A DNA stretch of 64,000 bases from the NCBI GenBank assembly GCA_032718475.1, contig JAUCBJ010006691.1:102275-166274 (forward strand), given 5' to 3'. Below, one piece after another: positions 23,590-36,070 of the stretch. Origin of the DNA: Nemertoderma westbladi. Its lineage: Eukaryota; Animalia; Xenacoelomorpha. The position numbers and the translations under genes were made by a program. Below the pieces are notes generated by a model. It made no database searches and was not told where the DNA came from. It worked only from the letters and a program-made list of their open reading frames with translations. Numbering within the stretch: the stretch's first letter is position 1; the number at the start of each line of letters is the position of its first letter.

Positions 23590-24446
23590 TCACTCACTCA
23601 CTCACTCACTCACTCACTCACTCACTCACTCACTCACTCACTCACTCACTCACTCACTCACTCACTCACTCACTCACTCACTCACTCACTCCACTCACTC
23701 ACTCACTCACTCACTCCACTCACTCCACTCACTCACTCCACTCACTCACTCACTCACTCACTCACTCACTCACTCACTCACTCACTCACTCACTCACTCA
23801 CTCACTCTACTCACTCACTCACTCACTCACTCACTCCACTCACTCACTCCACTCACTCACTCACTCCACTCACTCACTCACTCCACTCACTCACTCACTC
23901 ACTCACTCACTCACTCACTCACTCACTCACTCACTCACTCCACTCACTCCACTCACTCCACTCACTCCACTCACTCCACTCACTCACTCCACTCACTCAC
24001 TCCACTCACTCACTCCACTCACTCACTCCACTCACTCACTCCACTCACTCACTCCACTCACTCCCTCCACTCACTCACTCACTCACTCACTCACTCACTC
24101 ACTCACTCACTCACTCACTCACTCACTCACTCACTCACTCACTCACTCCACTCACTCACTCCACTCCACTCCACTCACTCCACTCACTCCACTCACTCAC
24201 TCACTCACTCACTCACTCACTCACTCACTCACTCACTCACTCATTTACTCACTCACTCACTCACTCACTCACTCACTCACTCACTCACTCACTCCACTCA
24301 CTCACTCCACTCACTTACTCACTCACTCACTCCACTCACTCACTCCACTCACTCACTCACTCACTCACTCACTCCACTCACTCACTCACTCACTCACTCA
24401 CTCACTCACTCACTCACTCACTCACTCACTCACTCCACTCACTCAC
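23590..24446. repeat. (CACT)n microsatellite with CCACT interruptions
   Basis: About 850 bp of CACT repeats about 120 bp after the KIF3A stop. Confidence 0.98.
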
Positions 24447-24767
24447 ATTTTACTTTATTCGGTTTTCTACAAACGAATACCGAAATGGTGAATCAACGTT
24501 GACTTCCTCATTCAAATCCTACGTGTGTTTGTCGTCATCTGTACTAATTGTTAATACTGTGTTATATTTATAATTGTAAATAATTATTTATTCTTTATCA
24601 CTAGTACATTTCTTTTATGTATTTATTGTTTATTTTTCAGTATCGTTTTTAACTTTTAATTATTACACAAACTAAGACCACCTTATACTAAATACGTTGT
24701 TCGTTTTACCCTGCCCGGGCCCGATCTCGTAAGATGAGATACTAATTAGCCACAGTCTTTGGGATTA

Positions 24768-27435
24768 CGTGGATCAGTCATAGACAGTGCTAATTTAGCC
24801 TACACCATCCCTGTGGATCAGTCATAGACATTACTAATTTAGCCTACACCATCCCCCGTGGATCAGTCATATACATTGCTAATTTAGCATACACCATCCC
24901 CCGTGGATCAGTCATAGACATTGCTAATTTAGCCTACACCATCCCCCGTGGATCAGTCATATACAGTGCTAATTTAGCCTACACCATCCCCCGTGGATCA
25001 GTTATAGACAGTGCTAATTTAGGCTACACCATCCCCGTGGATCAGTCATAGACAGTGCTAATTTAGCCTACACCATCGCCGTGGATCAGTCATAGATAGT
25101 GCTAATTTAGCCTACACCATCGCCGTGGATCAGTCATAGACAGTTCTAATTTAGCTTACACCATCCCCCGTGGATCAGTCATAGACAGTGCTAATTTGAC
25201 TACAACATCCCCTGGGGATCAGTTATAGATAGTGCTAATTTAGCCTACACCATCGCCGTGGATCAGTCATAGACAGTGCTAATTTAGCCTACACCATCCC
25301 CGTGGATCAGTCATAGACAGTGCTAATTTAGCCTACACCATCCCCCGTGGATCAGTCATAGACATTGCTAATTTAGCCTACACCATCCCCGTGGATCAGT
25401 CATAGACAGTGCTAATTTTTTAGCCTACAACATCCCCCGTGGATCAGTCATACAGTAGACAGTGCTAATTTAGCCTACACCATCCCCCGTCGACCAGTCA
25501 TAGACATTGCTAATTTAGCCTACACCATCCCCGTGGATCAGTCATATACAGTGCTAATTTAGCCTACACCATCACCGTGGATCAGTCATAGACAGTGCTA
25601 ATTTAGCCTACACCATCCCCGTGGATCAGTCATAGACAGTGCTAATTTAGCCTACATCATCCCCCGTGGATCAGTCATAGACAGTGCTAATTTAGCCTAC
25701 ACCATCCCCGTGGATCAGTCATAGACAATGCTAATTTAGCCTACACCATACCCATGGATCAGTCATGGACAGTGCTAATTTAGCCTACACCATCCCCGTG
25801 GATCAGTCATAGACAGTGCTAATTTAGCCTACACCATCCCCCGTGGATCAGTCATAGACAGTGCTAATTTAGCCTACACCATCCCCCGTGGATCAGTCAT
25901 AGACAGTGCTAATTTAGCCTACACCATCCCCCGTGGATCAGTCATAGACAGTGCTAATTTAGCCTACACCATCCCCGTGGATCAGTCATAGACAGTGCTA
26001 ATTTAGCGTACACCATCCCCCGTGGATCAGTCATAGACAGTGCTAATTTAGCCTACACCATCCCCCGTGGATCAGTCATAGACATTGCTAATTTAGCCTA
26101 CACAATCCCCCGTGGATCAGTCATAGACAGTGCTGATTTAGCCTACACCATCCCCCGTGGATCAGTCATAGACAGTGCTAATTTAGCCTACACCATACCC
26201 GTGGATCAGTCATAGACAGTGCTAATTTAGCGTACACCATCCCCCGTGGATCAGTCATATACAGTGCTACTTTAGCTTACACCATCCACCGTGGATCAGT
26301 CATAGACAGTGCTAATTTAGCATACACCATCCCCCGTGGATCAGTCATAGACAGTGCTAATTTAGCCTACACGATCCCCGTGGATCAGTCATAGACAGTG
26401 CTAATTTAGCCTACACCATCCCCTGTGGATCTGTCATAGACTGTGCTAATTTAGCCTACACCATCGCCGTAGATCAGTCATAGACAGTGCTAATTTAGCC
26501 TACACCATCCCCGTGGATCAGTCATAGACAGTGCTAATTTAGCCTACACCATCCCCTGTGGATCTGTCATAGACTGTGCTAATTTAGCCTACACCATCTC
26601 CCGTGGATCAGTCATAGACAGTGCTAATTTAGCCTACACCATCCTCCGTGGATTAGTCATAGACAGTGCTAATTTAGCCTACACCATCCCTTTGGATCAC
26701 TCATAGACTGCTAATTTAGCCTACACCATCCCCATGGATCAGTCATAGACAGTGCTATTTTAGCCTTCACCATCCCTGTGGATCAGTCATATACAGTGCT
26801 AATTTAGCCCACACCATCCCCGTGGATCAGTCATAGACAGTGCTAATTTAGCATACACCATCCCCCGTGGATCAGTCATAGACAGTGCTAATTTAGCCTA
26901 CACGATCCCCGTGGATCAGTCATAGACAGTGCTAATTTAGCCTACACCATCCCCTGTGGATCTGTCATAGACTGTGCTAATTTAGCCTACACCATCGCCG
27001 TAGATCAGTCATAGACAGTGCTAATTTAGCCTACACCATCCCCGTGGATCAGTCATAGACAGTGCTAATTTAGCCTACACCATCCCCTGTGGATCTGTCA
27101 TAGACTGTGCTAATTTAGCCTACACCATCTCCCGTGGATCAGTCATAGACAGTGCTAATTTAGCCTACACCATCCTCCGTGGATTAGTCATAGACAGTGC
27201 TAATTTAGCCTACACCATCCCTTTGGATCACTCATAGACTGCTAATTTAGCCTACACCATCCCCATGGATCAGTCATAGACAGTGCTATTTTAGCCTTCA
27301 CCATCCCTGTGGATCAGTCATATACAGTGCTAATTTAGCCCACACCATCCCCGTGGATCAGTCATAGACAGTGCTAATTTAGCCTACACCATCCCCCATG
27401 GATCAGTCATAGACAGTGCTAATTTAGCATACACC
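24768..27435. repeat. 44/45-bp satellite (about 60 units) containing a 531-bp higher-order duplication
   Basis: Unit GTGGATCAGTCATAGACAGTGCTAATTTAGCCTACACCATCCCC(C); diagnostic variants (ACACGATCCCC, GCCGTAGATC, TTTGGATCACTC) recur 531 bp apart. Confidence 0.97.
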
Positions 27436-27711
27436 GAATGGATGTGTCATCAGTCATACACAGTGAACACAACCGATGATGTGGTTAATGTGATTTTTAA
27501 ATTACCATTCTCTGCACTTTCTCCGCGTTTTAACAAAAAACACATACAGCCTCTCGAATCTCGATTCGCACCTATTACCCTTCTTTTAACGAAGTAATTT
27601 TTCGCGCTATTATAATTGTGTTTAATTGCAGTTATCGATTAAAACATGTGGTATATGTAAGATTGATTATACAGTATATAATGAGCTTTAATGATAATCT
27701 AATATGGGCTA

Positions 27712-28110
27712 GAGTTCTGTATAGCACTACATTTTAAAACATATATCATTGTTACTATGGCAATGTTGAAGATTTGAGATGAGATTTATCTTCATAGTTA
27801 ATGCACTTCTCACACAAAAATCTGGCGTCGTATATTTTTTTTATTTTTCTCCGTACCTGTCTTTTAATTGCCTTAATTTGACTTGAGCATTTCGCAACCC
27901 AACAATTTTTTTGAATCATTTTTTTTAATTCCTAGCAATTTTCAATTTGAAAAATAACTAGCTATATGTTCTAGAACATTATATTTTTTATTTTATTTGT
28001 GTTCTAGAATAGTGTATAATATTTAGATTTTGTTCTAGAACTCTACAATGTTGCCATGGTAACAATGATTTATGTTATAAAAATGTAGTGCTATACGGAA
28101 CTGTTACCAA
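27712..28110. mobile_element. MITE-like element with about 60-bp imperfect inverted ends
   Basis: agttctgtatagcactacattttaaaacata..tcattgttactatggcaa vs ttgccatggtaacaatga..tatgttataaaaatgtagtgctatacggaact; a related end lies at about 15030-15110. Confidence 0.6.
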
Positions 28111-28159
28111 AATATGTTTAGTAGTGATGATAATTTAACTATTAACATACTTGTTTTTA

Positions 28160-29080
28160 AAGTAGCACTTTACAGTGTGATGATCCGAGTGGCTTTGTTA
28201 CACGAACGAACGTTAGTGAGTGAAAATAAAGCCACGAGGATCAGAACACTGTAATAACTATTTACATCATTGTGTGCAAAGTAACACTTTGCAGCGTTAT
28301 GACCCGAGTTTATTTATGTACCAAGCGAGCGCAGCGAGGGATGTTTACATACATAAACAAGGGTCTTTAACGCTGAAAAGTGATCTTTGCAAGCAATAAT
28401 GTTCGGTATGTGAAGAAAGGATTTTATGGATACTCTTTTATACATTTTTAATCAGGTACTATTTCAAATATAAGTGAAATTTATTAACAGTTTTAATTAT
28501 ACATTTATATCAAATTGAAGTTTATTGTGGATTTATCATGGATATGATAAATCTTTGATCCATCGTTGACTGAAGCAAACTGAGTCACCGTCTGAGTCCT
28601 GAACATACCGTACGTATGTACGTACATACTGAACACTGTCGCCATATTTTCTTTGCTCATTTTCTCTAAAATGTCTTCTATATGACGTTTCGACATATGG
28701 AATACAATCTTACACGTTAAAGAATAAATTATTATTACATAGAGTAGCTAGTCCCGTCACTGCAAACTGGACGCACGCATTATGCCAACACGTGCAGCTT
28801 TATTGAATAAAGCAGCACGCATTAATACTGTATAAATGGAAATAATACATTCTGGAATACGGCAATTGAAGTTGTTTCCATGTCATTGATTACTTTGCAG
28901 CGTAATTCACCAGAACGCTGTTAAGTTGACATAATGTAACAAAGTACTTTGAAATAAGTATGTATGTAGTTTTTGTTACATTATTTTAACTTAACAGCGT
29001 TCTGGTGAATTACTCGTAACGCTGCAAAGTTCTACTTTGCAGCGTTGCGGCCTATAGGACGGAACGAAAGGCCAATACAA
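28160..29080. mobile_element. Hairpin-rich non-autonomous repeat (Crypton-like by resemblance), related to 61010-61850 and 63505-63670
   Basis: Long imperfect hairpins at 28165-28255 and 28280-28380 centred on CGAGCGCAGCGAG-type loops; shared blocks GTTCGGTATGTGAAGAAAGGA, TAGCTAGTCCCGTCACTGCAAACTG and TAATTCACCAGAACGCTG with the second locus. Confidence 0.5.
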
Positions 29081-29333
29081 TACTGTAATATCCTCTACTC
29101 TAAAGTTGTAAACTGCTAAATAACACCTCGCTGTTAATACTAACGGCGTTGAGTAATGTTATAATTTTGGAATAAATTATACTGCATTTGTGATACATTA
29201 ATGTGATGCATTCAAGACCATAAAATATGTGATGATAAATGATTATATTACATTTGTGATATATTACAGTAACGATGATTTTACAACGATATAACCCATG
29301 TATGAGACAAGTAGATAATTCGTTGTTATTAGT

Positions 29334-29996
29334 TTAATAATGAATGCTGACAACTCCAATGTAGGTGATAATGATTGCCAGCAGACCCCCTCTCGGTTTC
29401 TGTACTGCATTTGCAGTAACGGTTGTCGTCTCCAAGGACCCTGCGGTTGTTGGTGCTACTGCTGCTCCTGTACTACTCTCGAGAACTTGCGTTTCCAATA
29501 ATCCTTCCCAGTCGACTTCTCCATCACTCTTCTTGTAGTCGTTGATCCAGACAGCTGGTGGAACTCCATCGCAATCGACTGGAGATTCACAGCACCGGCG
29601 AAGGCAACTCGCTTTCAGAACATGCAAAGCGACAGTGGCATCCTCCCGTACCTTGGTCATGTTCATGACTGCGGTGCATTCGGCTTCCTTCTTGTCGCGG
29701 CAATGATATCTTATGCAATTTTGTGTTCTCATGTAGACCAGGACGAATGACGAAGGATCGGATGTCAATGAAGCAAACAACTGTGTATCCTTAAGAACAC
29801 ATGAGGTACAACCTGTAGCGTTCGTTCCAGGAATAACTTCAACCGGTCCCCTGTTCGTGGTAGGGTCGTCCTTTTTAGTGCTTGTTATTGTGAGAATGCT
29901 GTGATGATCTATGCAGTTAAGCCCGAAAACAGTTTCGGGGACTCCTATTATTGATATAGCGATCACTGCAGGTAATATTAAGGCAATTCCAACCAT
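29334..29996 (-). CDS. Secreted/GPI-anchored Cys-rich protein, divergent Ly6/uPAR (three-finger)-like
   Basis: 220-aa intact ORF: hydrophobic signal peptide, mature start GLNC, 10 Cys ending CCESPVDCD (cf. CCxxxxCN), Ser/Thr-rich stalk, hydrophobic C-terminus with no cytoplasmic tail. Confidence 0.7.
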   Translation of the reverse strand: MVGIALILPAVIAISIIGVPETVFGLNCIDHHSILTITSTKKDDPTTNRGPVEVIPGTNATGCTSCVLKDTQLFASLTSDPSSFVLVYMRTQNCIRYHCRDKKEAECTAVMNMTKVREDATVALHVLKASCLRRCCESPVDCDGVPPAVWINDYKKSDGEVDWEGLLETQVLESSTGAAVAPTTAGSLETTTVTANAVQKPRGGLLAIIITYIGVVSIHY

Positions 29997-30390
29997 TATG
30001 GTTGTTGTGTATCTCGTTGCTGTAAAGATTCGTCTTACGTAAATTAGTTACTACTAAAGCTGCTACAAAATGAAAATTAGTTATTCAGATTCATTTTTGT
30101 TATGATTTTAAATGTATTATAAGCAGCTTCTGCAATGTAAGTAATGTAAGTATGTATATTATTATATTGATTTTCACATTATTATGTTGTTTATTTCACA
30201 AATTGCGTTTTAAGCTGTCCTCACAGTCAGCATTCGGATGCTCTATGGCTTTACCTGTTATTTAATTAATTCATTATCAAAATAGTAATGGAATTCTTTA
30301 CTAATGTACGTAGGCCTACTGTACTGTATATGTATGAAATAAATACTGCCATGTCTAATGAGGATATACTAATTATTATTATACTAATTA

Positions 30391-32456
30391 TAGGTGGAAT
30401 TGGTCTATTGATGAATCCAACTGCACATGCAGCATTGGACAAAATAGACCAAATCTCTAACAGCATCATCCGTTGCCACTTCTCATGTTCTGGACGACTG
30501 GCTAAGAAGTTTCCTAAGGTGGTTCTGATTGTGTGCTACTCTCCAACTAGTGTTGCCCCTGTAGAGGAGGTGAAAAATTTCTACCAGAATATACAAGCAG
30601 CTACTGATGGAGTGGATCATCATGCATTCTTAACACTCCTGGGAGACTTTAATGCAAGTCTGCATCAATTACCTACATCGCCCTGGGTCTATAGCAATAG
30701 TGTTAACCGAAATTCCGTCCATCTTCAGGATTTTATCTCTGGAAATGGATTGTTTTCGGCTGAAACCCAGTTTAAGAAGCGAACTGGAAAGCTATGGACT
30801 CATAGTGGACCCAGTGGTCACAAGTCCAAGATAGACCATATCCTGTTTCGTAGGAAATACAGGAGCTCTATACAAGACTGTAATGCATTTACACTACGAC
30901 CCTTCTCCAGTGATCACCGCCTTATTGTGGCCAAGGTAAGACTTAGTCTGTGTGCTAGCAGAACAACGAAATCTGCCTTGCCGCGGCATGACTGGTCCTC
31001 TCTGTTGCAACAGCCAAGTGTGAGATCCAGCTTCACACTACAGCTGAGCAACAGGTATGAGGAGAGCAACACTCTATGGTTCTTTTCGGGGAATCTCATT
31101 GATCTCAATTGCTGCAAAGCTATACAATAGAATTCTATTAAATCGCATCAGGGATCCCATTGAGAGACTGCTCCGTGGAAATCAGAATGGGTTCCGTAAA
31201 GGTCGTGGGACCATGGAGCCCATTTTGGCACTTAGAAGGATAATTGAAGAGTTATCAAAAAAGAAAGACAGGCATCTGGCTGTTATCTTTGTTGACTTCT
31301 TCAAGGCCTTTGATTCATTCTCTCGCTCACGTATGTTCAGCATACTTACATTATATGGGATTCCTGATGAAATTATTGCAGCAATCAGATCAGTATACGA
31401 TGGTTCGACAACATTTGTGTCTACTGTTGATGGTGACACAGAACCATTTTAAGTGTTATGGGGCGTCCTCCAGGGAGACACACTTGCACCATTCTTGTTC
31501 ATAATTGTTGTTGACTATGTTCTACGCATGTCCTTAGATCATCATAATGATGATGGGGTGATGATAACTCCACCTACTGGCTCCAGGAGTCGAGCAAATC
31601 CTGCCAAGTACCTAACTGATCTAGACTTTGCTGATGACTTAAGAGTACTCTCAAAATCACTAGAGGGAGCCCAACGGCTCCTCAGCTCATTAGAACATGC
31701 TGCTTCTAGTGTTGGTCTTTTTATTAACTCCAGAAAGACCAAAATTTTGACAGTTAACTTTGAAAGTCCTCAGCAAGTCTTTGATCGGATGAGCATAAGC
31801 TCAAAAGATGGTATGCTTGAGCATGTGGATGACTTCTGTTACCTGGGATCATGGATCCGGAAGTCAGGTGAGGACCTTCGAATACGTAATGGAAAGGCAT
31901 GGGCAGCCTTGAATAGGCTTTCCAGGATTAGGAAGTCACCGAGAATTAATCGGAAACTTAAGGTCCGATTATTTAGAGCAGCAGTAGTTCCAGTACTCCT
32001 CTATGGGAGTCCATGCTGGGCTCAAAAAAGCTGAGGACACCAAATCTCTGGATGGCACATTCACAAGAATGCTACGCCGGGTTCATTGTGTCAAGTACAA
32101 TGCACACATCTCCAACCAGACACTATATAATATTGGAGGTGTCTCATTGGTTCCCCCAAGCTTGACACTAGAACAAAATCGCCTCCGCTTTGCAGGACAT
32201 TGCTTTTGCCGTGAGGACCAGCCAGTGCATAATCTTGTACTTTGGCAGCCTCATGGAGTGAATAGGCATGGTGGACAGCCCATGACTTTCTTGAGACGCA
32301 TCTTAAAGGACACTGGCCTTGAAGATGCGGATGATCTAGTAAATGTCATGGGTGATAGGGAGTTGTGGCGGTGCAATTTTGTCGATAAGCCGGTACAGCA
32401 TTCTTAAAAATGCAGCTGCAATGCAGAATGCCGATCCTAGTAGTAGTAGTAGTTGT
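30391..32456 (+). mobile_element. RTE-like non-LTR retrotransposon, 5'-truncated, internally deleted and disrupted (APE endonuclease + RT)
   Basis: YSPT, LGDFNA, IDHIL, SDHRL (APE); RGISL, NQNGFRKGR, FVDFFKAFDS, GVLQGDTLAPFLF, FADDL, YLGS (RT); short 3' UTR with (TAG)n tail; AGGATATACTAATTA at 30361-30375 and 32457-32471 as probable TSD. Confidence 0.9.
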
Positions 32457-32916
32457 AGGATATACTAATTAATTTTTTAATCGTAAATGGGAAGTAAAAA
32501 GTTAAACTTAAAGACGTGCGAGCATTAAAGTCTGGGAAATTAGCAAATCTGGGAAATTGTCCTTTTGAATTTTGAAGAAAGTAACGACTTGTTTGCGGTA
32601 GTTACGCCAGTAGGAACTAAAAAGCTGGAATTAATGTGTCAGTGTCCCTGACCAGCTGTATTACATACGGTACCACCGGTACACGTACACTAAATAATAA
32701 GTCGCAATGCAGGCACTAATGTGTCGCGGGAACTAAAGTCACGCGGGCATTAAAGTCCTATATGGCATTACAGTAGTGCCAGCGACACTACTGCTACTTC
32801 AATGAATCCGGGCACTAAAGGTGCTGAGACATTAGTGCTCGTGCGTTCTACAGTATGTCTCGCGGGCACTAACGTCCCAAGACCAATCGAACATTGCCGC
32901 TTACACTGTAGTACAG

Positions 32917-33759
32917 TACGGTGGCCCAGAACGGCCAAGCAACTTTTTAAATGTGAAAGTGTCCTTTTCAGTGCTAAAGTGTTCTTTTTAGTGTGAAAAT
33001 GATCTTTTCAGTGTGAAAATGATCTTTTCATTGTGAAAGTGTAAATCTGAAAGTGCGAAAGTGTAAATTTTAAAGTGCGAAAGTGTAAATTTGAAAGTGC
33101 GAAAGTGTAAATTTGAAAGTGCGAAAGTGTAAATTTGAAAGTGCGAAAGTGTAAATTTGAAAGTGCGAAAGTGTAAATTTGATAGTGCGAAAGTGTAAAT
33201 TTGAAAGTGCGAAAGTGTAAATTTGAAAGGGCGAAAGTGCAAATTTGAAAGTGCGAAAGTGTAAATTTTAAAGTGCGAAAGTGTAAATTTGAAAGTGAGA
33301 AAGTGTAAATTTGAAAGTGAGAAAGTGTAAATTTAAATCCGAATTATGGCGGGAAATTTAAATTCAGATGGATAGGCCAGACCATGTGCTGTAAAGTATA
33401 CATAGAGAGGCCTATTGGGCATGAGAGGCCTATGAGGCATATTGGGCATGCCATTTTATTTCCAAATGTTTTGGAACAATATATATCATATTCAAATTTA
33501 CACTTTCGCACTTTCAAATTTACACTTTCGCACATTCAAATTAACACTTTCGCACTTTCAAATTTACACTTTCGCACTTTCAAATTTACACTTTCGCACT
33601 TTCAAATTTACACTTTCGCACTTTCAAATTTACACTTTCGCACTTTCAAATTTACACTTTCACAATGAAAAGATAATTTTCACACTGAAAAGAACACTTT
33701 GGCACTGAAAAGTACACTTTCACATTTAAAAAGTTTCTTGGCCGTTCTGGGCCACCGTA
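32917..33759. mobile_element. Foldback non-autonomous element with TACGG...CCGTA termini and 22-bp tandem repeats in both arms (IS3EU-like ends)
   Basis: TIR TACGGTGGCCCAGAACGGCCAAG..; arms carry GAAAGTGTAAATTTGAAAGTGC arrays in inverted orientation; 7-bp TSD AGTACAG at 32910-32916 and 33760-33766. Confidence 0.85.
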
Positions 33760-35035
33760 AGTACAGTATGTAAACATTATTGTTTATATATAGATGGTGC
33801 ATTCATTTTCAAATATGTTTCACAATAATCGAATACTTTATTATACTAATGTATGTAAAATAAATAAATACACTTGATTGTGGATGTTACGTCAGCACTC
33901 AACAAGAACTAAAGTTGAGGGAATTGATGTCTCCCTGGCCCTGCCTGTATTACACAAGTGGCTAAACAGGCACTAATGCCTCGCTGGTTTCTAACCAAAT
34001 ATAAACGATACTTCTCTATGTGATAAATTTTCACAAAATTTTCAGTTTTTCACTTCCACTGTGCATCAACATACAAACTAGCCCTACTAGAGTAGAGATA
34101 CTCACTCAGTCGCAGGGGTGTCATCATTTGCCGTTAGGTATTTTGTCACAGATCTTTTGCTGATGAAACTCGCAATGACAAATTGACAAAAATATCGTTT
34201 TGAAATTTGATTGGTTTATTGTTTGCTGCTTGCTGGTATACTACCAGTTACAGTAGTAGTAATTTCAATTTGTAATATTATGAGAATTAAATTGCTGCAT
34301 AAAATATTTGAATTATTTATTAGGCCAAGCCGTACTGACTGATTTAAAATATAATATTACATGATCGGTAAGATGGTTTATCTTACCGTACATAAATATT
34401 AATTAAGAAGTTAGGGGAGTGTAGCCGTAATCTATTCCTAGAGATGAGTTGGTTAAACAGTGAAGGAGGGAAACAATATACCAATAGTTTGAAACAGCTG
34501 TTAGTAATTAGTTGCACAGCACGAGTTCTTTTAATGTGTTCAGATAAACTACGCTTCTTACAATCCTTTGGCAATCATAATATTATGAGATATCTATATA
34601 TGCCATTGCCACGTTTTGTTTATAGGTTTATGACTAAGTTGTGTGCTGTCGTCACTAATGTAATTTGAAAAATGGTTCAGAATAAAAGTGACCAAGAATA
34701 ATTATGTTTAACAAATATTGTGGCAACACCCTTTATTCAATGTCTGAAGTTGTTGTTGTACTACTGTAAATATAAACACAGACTGACAGAAAAAGAAATT
34801 GACAGAATGAAATTGACAGAAAGTCTGTATAACGGCTGCTCCACTGGTTATCTTTGGTTATCTCCATTAGTTGACTGGTTTCCCGTCTGGTTATCTCCAT
34901 ACCATGCTGTCAGGTTACGTAACAGCCTAACTTTCCTCCTTGTTTATGGCATACTTTTAGTATTAAAATCCCATTTTATTATTTACTATTTTATTATGTA
35001 CTCTTATTGTTATTTAGAAAAAAAAATTTGTACTC

Positions 35036-36070
35036 AAATTTTAGCCAATCGCGAATTTGCGCCTCATCTTTGAATAATTGCCACCCATATTTTAGCCAAT
35101 CGCGAATTTGCTCCTCATCTTTGAATAATTGCCACCCATCTTTTAGCCAATCGCGAATTTGCGCCTCATCTTTGAATAATTGCCACCCATATTTTAGCCA
35201 ATCGCGAATTTGCGCCTCATCTTTGAATAATTGCCACCCATCTTTTAGCCAATCGCGAATTTGCGCCTCATCTTTGAATAATTGCCACCCATCTTTTAGC
35301 CAATCGCGAATTTGCGCCTTATCTTTGAATAATTGCCACCCATCTTTTAGCCAATCGCGAATTTGCGCCTCAACTTTGAATAAATGCCACCCATCATTGA
35401 GCCAATCGCGAATTTGCGCCTCAACTTTGAATAATTGCCACCCATCTTTTAGCCAATCGCGAATTTGCGCCTCATCTTTGAATAATTGCCACCCATCTTT
35501 TAGCCAATCGCGAATTTGCGCCTCATCTTTGAATAATTGCCACCCATCTTTTAGCCAATCGCGAATTTGCGCCTCATCTTTGAATAATTGCCACCCATCT
35601 TTTAGCCAATCGCGAATTTGCGCCTCATCTTTGAATAATTGCCACCCATCTTTTAGCCAATCGCGAATTTGCGCCTCATCTTTGAATAATTGCCACCCCT
35701 CTTTTAGCCAATCGCGAATTTGCGCCTCATCTTTGAATAATTGCCACCCATCTTTTAGCCAATCGCGAATTTGCGCCTCATCTTTGAATAATTGCCACCC
35801 ATCTTTTAGCCAATCGCGAATTTGCGCCTCATCTTTGAATAATTGCCACCCATCTTTTAGCCAATCGCGAATTTGCGCCTCATCTTTGAATAATTGCCAC
35901 CCATCTTTTAGCCAATCGCGAATTTGCGCCTCATCTTTGAATAATTGCCACCCATCTTTTAGCCAATCGCGAATTTGCGCCTCAACTTTGAATAAACGCC
36001 ACCCATCATTGAGCCAATCGCGAATTTGCGCCTCATCTTTGAATAATTGCCACTCATATTTTAGCCAATC
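35036..36070. repeat. 51-bp tandem array (about 20 units)
   Basis: Unit TTAGCCAATCGCGAATTTGCGCCTCATCTTTGAATAATTGCCACCCATCTT; substitutions only, no indels seen. Confidence 0.97.

Noticed and set aside
23217-24502. Long THSL-repeat ORFs
   Set aside because: Translation of the (CACT)n microsatellite.
24768-27435. CRISPR-like array
   Set aside because: Head-to-tail repeats with no unique spacers, no cas genes, eukaryotic context.
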